64,000 nucleotides of DNA. Origin: Mytilus trossulus (lineage: Eukaryota). A program made the position numbers and the translations under genes. Below the pieces are notes generated by a model. That model did not search any database and was not told where the DNA came from. It worked only from the letters and a program-made list of their open reading frames with translations. The first letter of the stretch is position 1. Every line of letters begins with the position of its first letter. The DNA is taken from positions 72,850,001 through 72,914,000 of the forward strand of contig NC_086374.1 of assembly GCF_036588685.1 (NCBI RefSeq), given 5' to 3'. This document shows, piece by piece, positions 53,601-64,000 of the stretch.

Positions 53601-56600
53601 TGTTAAAAGATTTAACAATCCAACTGCTTTTAATTAAGAAAAAAATGTATTTTGTTCGTTTAAGTGATTAAATACTCATAAAAGACTAAGGTGGTCAGGA
53701 TGGCAGTAAGTAGGCTAAAGCATTCAATATTTTAAAAGTGAAGAAAGTATTCAGAGATGTCAGTTACGATTGTATGCAGACTTAAAAATCCATGAATTAA
53801 AATACTGGATTTGATGTTCTGAGCACAAGTTTTGGTCTTTAAGCTGCAGAGGTAAGTTTAAAGATTAAAGAGCCCTATGGGGGGTCAAAATTTATACACT
53901 AAATTTCTGGCAAAGTTTCTACCAGTCTAAAGAAAACCAAGAAAACAATACTTTCATACCCTTAGTCACCTTTGGAGTATCAGCTTAAAGTTACTGGTAA
54001 TTATGACTAAGATTATATGGTATATATTCTGTTTGAATATCATTTATATATATCATTTTTATGCTAATTTAGAAGTTGCATATAATCTTAAGAATTTAAA
54101 AGAATGTCATGCATGTTAACACTACAAAATATTTTCATTTTGGGTTGAAAAAAAATGAGGAAAAGAATCAGATAAATAATGTGTTATTGTTCTATTTATA
54201 GATGACAACAGATGTAACAAAGGAAGAGAGATCAGCATTTCAGAGTGTTATAGGTGCTGCTGTCGCTGATATTTTACCCAAGAGTATGAGGGAAGATTTT
54301 CTTGCCAATTACACCTGTAGACCACCACCTATATTTATGATATTTATAAGTTTAGTTGAGGTAATTATCTGCTAGTCAATGAAAAATGTACCTGGTGGGC
54401 AATTTTAAACTCCATTCAGTCAGTGGTTAGAATTAAATTAGACCACATGTGGATTTAGTTTTCTGATGTCCTTAACATGATTGTATTTCAGGTGCTTTTA
54501 TTAGTAGCGAATACTTTATGACAGTAATTGGTAGATTTTTTGACAACAGTCTCATCAATTATGGTTGAATTTGATCATAGGTCTTTTAAAATGAAGGAAA
54601 AACATATATGAGAACTCTTTTTGTTTGATCTTAATTTTCTCAATTTCACAACTGCTTCATTTTTAGAGTTGAGCATATATATTCCTTAAAACTCAACAAA
54701 ATAAATTGAAAGTTGTTTTTATGCCCACCTACCATAGTATAGGGGCATATGTTAACTGGTCTGTGCATCTGTTCATTCATTCGTCTGTCCATTCGTATAT
54801 TCTTCTGGCCTGCCTAGGTTAAAGTTTTTGGTCAAGGTAGTTTTTGATGAAGTTGAAGTCCTATCAACTTGAAACGTAATACACATGTTCTCTATGATAT
54901 GATCTTTCTAATTTTAAAGCCAAATTAGTGTTTTTACCCCAATTTCAAGCTCCATTGAACATAGAAAAGGATAGTGTGAGTGGAGCATCCGTGTACTGGG
55001 GACACATTCTTATTGTTATCAAATGTTGATTTTAGTAAATTAAATTACCAGGAAAAAATAATATTTAGTATAAATCTTGAAAGTTTTAAGGTAAAACGAA
55101 ACAAATTACTATGCAGATTAAAAAAGAAATCACAAAATATCATCCCACTCATACTCAAAAACATCTATTACAACAAAAGTCCCTTTAAATTTAGAAATTA
55201 TAAGCTTGTACCTTGAAGTTTTAAATAAGCATTAATTCTGAAAAAAAAGATTAATAAAAGTAAACTGCATTAAAAACATACATGTACCTGAATATAAATC
55301 ATAAAAATCACAAAATATCTACCCACTCAAATATCTCATAAAATTAAGGCCTCTTTAACTCAATAAAAAATATAGGATTCCTCGTAATTGAACAGAAATG
55401 GGTTGTAATTGCCAATGGTAGGAAGTCCTCGATATTCTGTACCTGAAACTGTCGTAGTTATCATGCAGTCAATATCCCTAAACATTGATACTGGTACATT
55501 GACTGATTGTGCTACTTGCTCTTTGTTGGAAGTAAGCCAACATTTGTGGATACAGTAAAGGATAGTAGTACCAAAGCCAGTAGTATTTAACACCAACAAT
55601 CAAGAAGACTGGCATTACAAAGGCAAAAATTAGATAAAAGTTCCACATCATTACAAAAGTTGTCAGATATCGGTTTACTTAGTTGAAAGCAATTTACATC
55701 TGAGTAAAAGGCCTCAGAGAAGATCAATTGTATAGCAAGCAGTCACTGTAGTTCACTAAACACTACACTGAAAGTCAAAGATTGAGCAAGATAATGCCCA
55801 TTCCAAGATAGGGGTGAAATCAAACATACATATAGGCAACAGTTCACTAAACACTACACTGAAAGTCAAAGATTGAGCAAGACAATGCCCATTCAAAGAT
55901 AGGGGTGAAATCAAACATACAGGCAGCATTTCACTAAACACTACACTGAAAGTCAAAGATTGAGCAAGACAATGCCCATTCCAAGATAGGGGTGAAATCA
56001 AACATACAGGCAACATGTCACTAAACACTACACTGAAAGTCAAAGATTGAGCAAGATAATGCCCATTCCAAGATAGGGGTGAAATCAAACATACATATAG
56101 GCAACAGTTCACTAAACACTACACTGAAAGTCAAAGATTGAGCAAGACAATGCCCATTCAAAGATAGGGGTGAAATCAAACATACAGGCAACATTTCACT
56201 AAACACTACACTGAAAGTCAAAGATTGAGCAAGACAATGCCCATTCCAAGATAGGGGTGAAATCAAACATACATATAGGCAACAGTTCACTAAACACTAC
56301 ACTGTTAGTCAAAGATTGAGCAAGACAATGCCCATTCCAAGATAGCGGTGAAATCAAACATACATATAGTCAACAGTTCACTTAACACTACACTGAAAGT
56401 CAAAGATTGAGGAAGACAATGCCCATTCCAAGATAGGGGTAAAATCAAACATACATATAGTCAACAGTTCACTAAACACTACACTGAAAGTCAAAGATTG
56501 AGCAAGACAATGCCCATTCCAAGATAGGGGTGAAATCAAACATACATATAGTCAACAGTTCACTAAATACTACACTGAAAGTCAAAGATTGAGCAAGACA

Positions 56601-59600
56601 ATGCCCATTCCAAGATAGGGGTGAAATCAGATGCAGTTGTTTCTGTATTTATAATATCTGGCACACTCTAAATCACCTTACTACTCAAGGTGGGGTATAC
56701 TGGTTTATGTTAACCATTGAGTTATCAAATTGATATTTAACAGTCATCACACATTTATTTGCTTAATTTGAAGTCCATTACATTACTATTTTTATATTTC
56801 AGATCATTATATTTGCTGTGTATGCTGCTGAGCTATCGGACACCACAACACCAGTAACAGCTACCTCAGGGGTACCACTGTACAGTCCGTTACTATATAA
56901 ACCAAAGAGACGTTATGAGGCTTGGAGATATATCACTTATATGTTTATACATCAAGGGTATGTTATTGTTATTTATATTCTTATCTCTCTGTTCCCTATA
57001 GAGGTAGTATAAAGATAGGAAAGAAGTGATCTGATTATTTAATTCCCTATAGAGGTAGTATAAAGATAGGAAAGAAGGGATCTGATTATTAAATAAATCA
57101 TTACAAAATCAGTACATGCACTTGATTTAACAAAAACCAAAGAATACAGTTTTTATGGCATCTTTACTAATATCAAAATTGGTAAAATTTGATAGAGCCG
57201 AATTTCTAGATTATATAGATCAAATTCAACATTCCAGAAATTCAGGTCTATAAAATTTACGAATTTGATATTTTATACCTCCTCCGGAGTCAACATATTT
57301 CAGAAATTCTGGGAAACCATTTGAAAATAAAGTAATATTTGCTCACCTGGAATGGAATCATATCTTAATTTATCATTTCTTTTGGATATTTCTGGAAATA
57401 TTTTGCATCAATAGCACAAAAAAGATAAGACTTTGTAACTACTGTGGATTCATTATTATTCGTGGGATACCAATTTTCGTGGCTTTCGTGGGTACTGGTG
57501 AACCACGAAATGAGATGTTTAACGAATAACAAATTTTCTATAGGCTTGTATGTAGACTTCAGCAAAACCACGAAATTAGATATCCACAAACTTTCAAGTT
57601 TTCCATAATCCACGAAAATTGGTACCCACGAAAAATAAATGAATCCACAGTATGCAAACATTTCTAGCTGGTAATGAGAAATCTTGCAAAAGTTGAGTCT
57701 CAAGGTTCCCTCCAAAACTCTCTCTCAAAGTCCAGACATAAAAAATAGCTTCTGTGTTATGGTAGCGAGTGGATTCTATCTGTTATCCAATACTATGATA
57801 TATGAGTGGTAATCATGTCAGATGTAAGAAGTAGTTGAACAGAAAATGTTGACCCTTATGCAAATTATGTGTGCTGAAAACAATGATCATTTACAGATTA
57901 TCAACAAAATAAGGATATTTTTCTTTGTGAATAAATAACTTAAATTATCTTTGGCAAAACATTTATTAGAAATTTTGGGTCCTCAATGCTCTTCAACTTC
58001 TTTATTTAGCCTTTTTATCTATTTTTTAATTCAGCGTTATTGATGAGTCTTTTATAGAAGACGTACAAAATAAACAAAGTTGAAATTATATAAAAATGGC
58101 TGAATTAATTCATTTACCATCACCACATCACCATGTAGATGACATAGCATCTATGAATGCTTTAATATAGATTTATTGCTGATATTTGAAAGTATGTTAT
58201 TGTTTATTTCAGATACATGCACATCATATTTAACCTGATATTCCAGCTGTTATTAGGTTTACCATTAGAACTGGTACATAAATGGTGGAGAGTTCTGTTA
58301 ATCTATATATTAGGAGTTATAGCCGGTAGGTGATTTAAAGATATTATACAACAATAATTTATCTCATAAATCAATTGAGAAAATACTAATCAAGCCAACA
58401 CCAATACAAAATGAGGGAATTCAAAGAACTCAAAAAGGAGCAATATTAGGTGTGTCAATTAAGAAAATACTAAAAAAGGCAACATTAATAAAAACGAGGG
58501 AACTGAATGAAGTCATAAAGGAGTAATTCCAGGTGTATTGACAGATAAGACATCTCCTGTTATTAATGCATCACCAATCATACAATCCATTTTCTGGAAA
58601 TGAAAACAATTAGCAAAATCATACTTGAAATGTATAAATGCTATTTTAGGATCGCTTGCCCATTTTGTAACATGTTACACTTTAAATGATTTCATGTTAT
58701 TTCAGGATCACTTGCTTATTCTGTAACATTTTACCTGTTTAATGTTAACATGTTTTATCTCTTGCACGTTAAAGCCACCCTTGTAGATATTGAAAAAGAG
58801 CAGGCTAATGCCGCTACAAGGCAGCATTCGCACCCGCAAAGTGGAAAGGGATTTATATAAGTTGCAAAACTTGTTTCCCTATCCACTATAAATAAATATG
58901 TTTAAACTAAACATGTTCTTTCAGCATCACTTGCCATTCTGTGACAATTTACTTGTTTAATGTTAACATATTATTTTTATATCACTTGCCCATTCTGTAA
59001 CATTTTACTTGTTTAATGTTAACATGTTATTTGAGGACCACTTGCCCATTCTGTAACATTTTACTTGTTTAATGTTAACATGTTATTTGAGGATCACTTG
59101 CCCATTCTGTAACATTTTACTTGTTTAATGTTAACATGTTATTTGAGGATCACTTGCCCATTCTGTAACATTTTACTTGTTTAATGTTAACATGTTATTT
59201 TAGGCTCACTTGCCCTTCTGTAACATTTTACTTGTTTGATGTTAAATGTAATTTGAGGATCACTTGCCTATTCTATATTTTAAGTTTAAATGTTATTTCA
59301 GGCTCACTTGCCCATTCTATATTTAAAGTTTAAATGTTATTTCAGGCTCACTTGCCCATTCTTTATTTAAAGTTTAAATGTTATTTCAGGCTCACTTGCC
59401 CATTCTATATTTAAAGTTTAAATGTTATTTCAGGCTCACTTGCCCATTCTATATTTTAAGTTTAAATGTTATTTCAGGCTCACTTGCCCATTCTATATTT
59501 AAAGTTTAAATGTTATTTCAGGCTCACTTGCCCATTCTGTAACAGATGTAGATGTTGCTCTAGCAGGAGCCAGTGGTGGATGTTACGCTCTTATTGGTGC

Positions 59601-61971
59601 TCATATAGCGTCTGTTATAGTTGTAAGTAAAGATTAGATATAAAGCATAAAAATACCTAGTAAATTGCTCCATGTTTTGGTTCTTTGAAAATTGTGGAGC
59701 CTATCACTTAAGTGAAGGTTATGTGATGAGCAAGAAATATGAATATAAGGAGAAGAATTTGACCGCAACTCAATTGCTTTAGTTAGAATTCCCTTACTTA
59801 TTTATAATGCACTAAAAACTGAGGGATACAGTGATTATCGATATAAAAATTCCAACAAACAACAAAACCAAAAGCTAAGGAACAACATTTTATTGCTGTT
59901 CACAATCTGACTTTCATATTCTGGCCATCAACATAGATCATATATTTACACTTCACTGAAAGTTAAACAAGGAAACTCTTTTTACACATAATGACTTGTA
60001 TGGAGAGTTGTCTCTTAGACACACATACCACATCTTCATATTTCTATTGGAGCACACTGATGTAGGGTATATTCATCAGTGAATTGAATTAAAAAAAGCA
60101 ATACCACATCTTTTTATATTTATAATGAAATCAAATATTAAATTTGAATTGTATGATTATTCTTCAGAATTGGAAAGAAATGAATTACCAGTGTACTGAA
60201 GGATCATTACTGAGGTTTCTGTGCAGTGCACCTATAAGACTAACAGTGCTTCTTGTTCTGTGTAAGTAACTAAAAAGTATACCTGTATTACTGACTGATG
60301 ACTCAGTGCAGTAATTTTATATCAATGCCTTAAGCATCTTCACAACCTTCTGTTCTGCCAAATCTTGAATATATGTGAACAGATATATATTGAAACTTAT
60401 GAGAACAAAAAACATGACAGCACAAAAAAATTGTAGCGTGAAAAGATATAGAATAAGCTTTCTTTTTTTTATCAATAAAAAAATTGAGAATGAAATAAGG
60501 GAATGAGTTATAGAGACAACAACCCAACCAAAGAGCAGAAAACAACTTATATACCACAGAGAAAACTGAAAAAGAGAATAGAAAGAGTGCAAAAGATTTT
60601 GATATATTTTTTATAGAAATAAAGTTCATGTTGGTATTTCTCCAATATTTACCACTTTATATAATACAATAAAATGATTATTTTCCCTAAATGTTTCAGC
60701 TGTAGGAGATACAGGACTTGCTATCTACAGAAGATACTTTGAAGAAGAAGTAACAAAAGTTGGTATATCTGCTCACATAGGAGGGATGATTGCAGGTATG
60801 ACAGCCTAATACATAATTGCTTTAAATGCAGTCATTACATTAATGGCATTTTTCTAATTCTTTAGATATTTGAAAATTAAAGACAGTCGTTTTTTGCAAA
60901 AAACATTTTATTTAGCCAACAATATACATATTTTCTAAATAAATATTACTGAAATCTTCATCCAAAAATATGCATCATGAACTTTATGAACAACATTTCC
61001 CACAAACAACAAAACTATACCATTTCATCATGTTGATGGCATTATATAGAGTTGTCCAATCATTTATGAATAAAGAACAATTTAGTGAAACAAAAATAAG
61101 CTATGACACCTTTTAAATTGTTTGATTCTGTAGTAAAAAATGTAAGACAATAAAAATATGTCAATTGTATAAAGAAACAGGACAACATTGCTATCAGAAA
61201 TAAATTGTTATGGTTACAAAAAGAAAACACCAGAAACTAGCTATATCTTGTTCACAGAAAAGAATAGAAGCAATCTAAAGTCCTCTAAAAAAAGAATCAG
61301 TAATAACTTAAATTATGGTTCTGGTATAATATGCAAGCTCCAGCTTCATTCATGATCCATTGACCCCAAAAAGTATTGCAAATACCATTTAAAAAATCAA
61401 TTGACAAGTCAATAGGGAGAAAAGGCAAAAAACATTGGGATAAATGGAGTAATTCTGCTGTCATTCATGATTTAAGGTGATACCAACTACCTTGTCTTTG
61501 GCTCGTTTAATTTTCATAAAATTTTGACAAAATGTTTAATTTGACATTTTGTCAAAAATATAAAGATTTCAAAAAATTTGAACCAACCACTTTATCAGAT
61601 AAATTTCATTGGTTATATAGCAGTTTGACAAACACTAATTTTGATCATTGAGAAGCTTAATATTTCCTTAACAATACAACATGATTAAAACATTTAGCTG
61701 ATTTTACAGAGTTATCTCCCTGTAGTGTTAGGTACCACGTAATGTATTTTTTTCACTAAAAATTTTGCAAATGTGTAAAGAGTTTATTTCTTTTTCAGGT
61801 TTACTACTTGGAATACCCATCTTGAAGAATGTAAACATCTTAACTTGGGAGAAAACCCTTGGTTACGTTACTCTTTCAATATACCTGTGCTTTGTTGGGT
61901 TTTCTATGATTTTCAATGGTGTTTATGAAGGCTACCCAGAAACAGATTGGTCAAAATGCTGTCCATCGTAA
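38638..61971 (+). CDS. EF-hand rhomboid intramembrane serine protease (RHBDL1/2/3, Rho-4-like), ~387 aa; exons 38638-38730, 51969-51992, 53358-53513, 54202-54360, 56803-56957, 58213-58325, 59522-59622, 60168-60261, 60700-60795, 61799-61971
   Basis: EF loop DRDGDERIDFVEF, YTCRPPPIFM, EAWRYITYMFIHQG, HIIFN, catalytic GASGG and AHIGGMIAG. All exon phases are compatible. The first exon is less certain than the core. Confidence 0.9.
41664..43414 (+). CDS. Candidate alternative rhomboid 5' exons 41664-41682 plus 43368-43414 (MTTISPSKYDFEKTDTVGFLER)
   Basis: gccacaATG context, T|GTAAGT donor (phase 1), tttttatacag| acceptor and AGG|GTGAGA donor (phase 0), in frame with the microexon. Confidence 0.45.
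44417..44570. mobile_element. Small hAT-like MITE
   Basis: TIR CAGTGGCGGATCCAG / CTGGATCCGCCTATG; no clear target-site duplication. Confidence 0.65.
47033..47647 (+). CDS. Candidate alternative first coding exon of the rhomboid: 205-aa Arg/Ser/Tyr-rich repeat domain
   Basis: aaaactATGG start, ~4.7 copies of a 60-bp unit encoding SPQYVVRERSRSPYMISNGQ, and an AAG|GTATAC phase-0 donor. Confidence 0.7.
47772..48592 (-). mobile_element. HINE-like element in reverse orientation
   Basis: Subterminal repeat tacgacc / ggtcgta, gtcgtcgtc microsatellite and duplicated internal units (aggaattaggggccaaaaggg). Confidence 0.7.
51103..51315. repeat. Long foldback palindrome (~75-bp arms) with an internal ~50-bp duplication
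   Basis: gaaataattccttcatgtcatgctct...ttttacac / gtgtaaaa...agagcatgacatgaaggaattatttc. Confidence 0.85.
54716..55013 (-). mobile_element. Short HINE/pearl-like element, copy 3
   Basis: Reverse complement of the 21642-21900 family. Confidence 0.75.
55751..56628. repeat. Intronic minisatellite of 87/91-bp units, ~10 copies
   Basis: Near-identical units of cactaaacactacactgaaagtcaaagattgagcaagacaatgcccattccaagataggggtgaaatcaaacatac. Confidence 0.95.
57440..57652. mobile_element. Tc1/mariner-type MITE, copy 2
   Basis: TA-CTGTGGATTCATT...AATGAATCCACAG-TA. Confidence 0.85.
58640..59543 (+). repeat. Tandem array (56-bp then 44-bp units) of the rhomboid intron/exon junction
   Basis: tgttatttcag|gctcacttgcccattct and variants, ~15 copies; the last is the real exon start. 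Confidence 0.92.
58755..58909 (+). mobile_element. 5'-truncated SINE inserted in the junction array
   Basis: Flanked by duplicated AACATGTT (58747-58754 and 58910-58917), with a taaactaaac tail. gcacgttaaag resembles the conserved Meta domain of bivalve SINEs (from memory). Confidence 0.65.
61472..61742. mobile_element. Degenerate TTAA-flanked MITE (Kolobok/piggyBac-like)
   Basis: Imperfect TIR ttaaggtgatacc ... ggtaccacgtaa. Confidence 0.5.
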
Positions 61972-64000
61972 ACTTTGTCACACTGAATCAGAAGAATACT
62001 GCATAATGAATTAGTTTTAAGGTTTTAAATAATTTGAAAGAGTTTACCTGGTTATGTTACATACAAGTTTGGGGATGCACCTCATGGTTTGGCTTAGAAT
62101 TCAAAGTGCAATTAAAAGATTAAAAGATCTGAAATCTTTTTTTTTAGTTTATTTTTTAATTCAACATATATGTATGAACAGATATTAAAATGACAATTAG
62201 ATGCATGCATTTATTCCTTATCACTGTGTTACTAATTTAAGTTGGTCTTTTTATGATTAAAAATATGAAATTTGTTTTAAAACTAAAACACAGAAAGAAA
62301 ATAGAGAGTTAAATAGAAAGTAGAATACAGAAAATAAGTTCTATGTCATTTTGGTCTCTTGTGGAGATTTGTCTCATTAGCAATCATACCACATCCCCTT
62401 ATTTTTATATAATTGAATTTTTCGAGAGAAAAAAAAGAGAATTAATGTTAAGTTTGATATTTGAACATTTTTAACAATATTTCTTCATTGTCAATGTCAG
62501 GTGAAGATATACAGTATATTTTTTGTCTTCCAAGTTGTACAAATTAATCATATGAATTCAGTTTAATTAATTACTTGGCTGTTTAATTTAAAATCTAGCT
62601 AATTTAAGAATTAGTTAAAACCTGTATAAAGTAAATATGAATAACAAAAAAAGTTATTATTGAGTTTTTTATCTGGACAGAATTTTTTTTTTTTTCAATC
62701 TGTGTGAAATAAACAAAACCATTGTTAGGAGTAGGCAAAAGGTGTTTTTTTTTAACTAGTTTTTTATGTCATATATAACTATGTTTATCTTAATTGTCTA
62801 TTTATTTGTACAATCAATACTTTCTATTTATGTAATGTGCCATTATTCAGTAAAAAGGGTTGTGAATATATATATATATATATATTTAAAATTATATGCC
62901 AAAAGAATTATAAGGAAAATATTATTTCAGATACACCGTTATTGTTCAGTAAAAATTAAGTGCCTTTTGACACATATTTGTGGAAATGATTAATTAAAAA
63001 ATATACATCAGTGTCTATTTTGGAATGTTCAGATTGAAGATGTCGAATTTCTTAAATTCTTACAGAAATAACCTGTTTTCCAACTATTGGCATTATGAGC
63101 AGATTTTGTTATCTTAATTCTCCAAATCTGGCTTTAGAGCAACCTCAAGTTTTTCAAATGGAAATGTTACCATTAATGTTATTTTTAGTTGATATTTGCA
63201 GTTAACTATCTTGCCTCCTGAAATTAGAAATGTTAAGTTAGTTCATTCGCATATTACGAACAAAAAAAAATTGTAAATAGAGTCATCATGAAAAAACTTA
63301 TATCCTTTTAACAGTTATGAGTTCTTTTATCAAATTCAGGACAACAAAGATATTGTGCCTTCTTTAATTTGTGTGAGTTCCAGTAGGGAAATGTTCTTAG
63401 GCTACAAGGTCATGTTTAAAAAATTACCTCTGGTCTCATTTTAGCAAATTTGAACGATAAACATGCATGGGAGGTTGAGGTCCTTTTAAATGAGATTTAG
63501 TCCTAAAATCACTGGTCTACCTCAATTGAAACTCTTCATTTTGAAACAAAAAGATCTAATGCAATAATTTGATTCATCAGAAATAAATATGTATAATTTG
63601 TATAAAATATTTTAAGGATATTTAAATGAAACAAAAACGCTGGGATCTCTGACCTGTTGTCCTAGAATGACTTGCTCAAAACATTTATTGGAATCTAGTT
63701 GTTGGTCATGTGTAGATAGGTCAAAAATGGCAGTTCAACAGATGTTTGAACAAAAGTTAAAAATGGCAAACGAAAATTGCTCTTTTAGGCACGTCTCTTG
63801 ATTTGTTAAATTTGAAAGTTTTTACTATATTTATATAGGTTGGTTATTGCTTTTTTACAATTTTACTTTATATTTCTTTTCCTTATTTATTGATCTTGAA
63901 ATATAAAACTATTTCAAATTAAAAAAAAAAGGTTTACATTCTTATTTTCTAATATACAGTGTACAAGTATAACATCAACATTCCAAAAAATATTTATTTA

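Noticed and set aside
55756-56290. Repetitive 118-aa and 89-aa minus-strand ORFs
   Set aside because: By-products of the minisatellite; the 91-bp units shift frame and the ORFs are antisense in an intron.
60700-60705. Tandem acceptor cag/ctgtag 6 nt apart
   Set aside because: The distal AG creates T|GA (stop); no evidence of use.

Overview
AT-rich, intron-containing animal genomic DNA. The repeat landscape (hammerhead retrozymes, HINE/pearl-like elements, Penelope-like RT remnants) points to a bivalve mollusc, probably Mytilus (inference). Four protein genes are supported. (1) A partial minus-strand gene with a C-type-lectin-like exon running off the left edge. (2) An orphan single-pass membrane protein with a long Ser/Tyr-motif tail (10297-11580, -). 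(3) A 3-exon MYORG-like GH31 protein (29751-38255, -) whose two catalytic Asp residues appear to be replaced, suggesting a pseudo-glycosidase. (4) An EF-hand rhomboid protease (38638-61971, +), head-to-head with gene 3 across a ~380-bp promoter carrying a perfect GTCACGTGAC element. The rhomboid has unusual splicing: three candidate alternative N-termini (one a 205-aa RS/Tyr repeat domain) converging on a 24-nt microexon, a GC-AG intron, and a tandem array of ~14 copies of the intron/exon junction in front of the catalytic exon. Non-coding highlights are a 356-nt retrozyme unit bounded by two type I hammerheads with a candidate conserved pseudoknot, a tandem array of B-box tRNA-like units, and a minisatellite that resembles a retroelement tail. 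All gene models were built by hand from splice signals and reading phase; no database searches were run.
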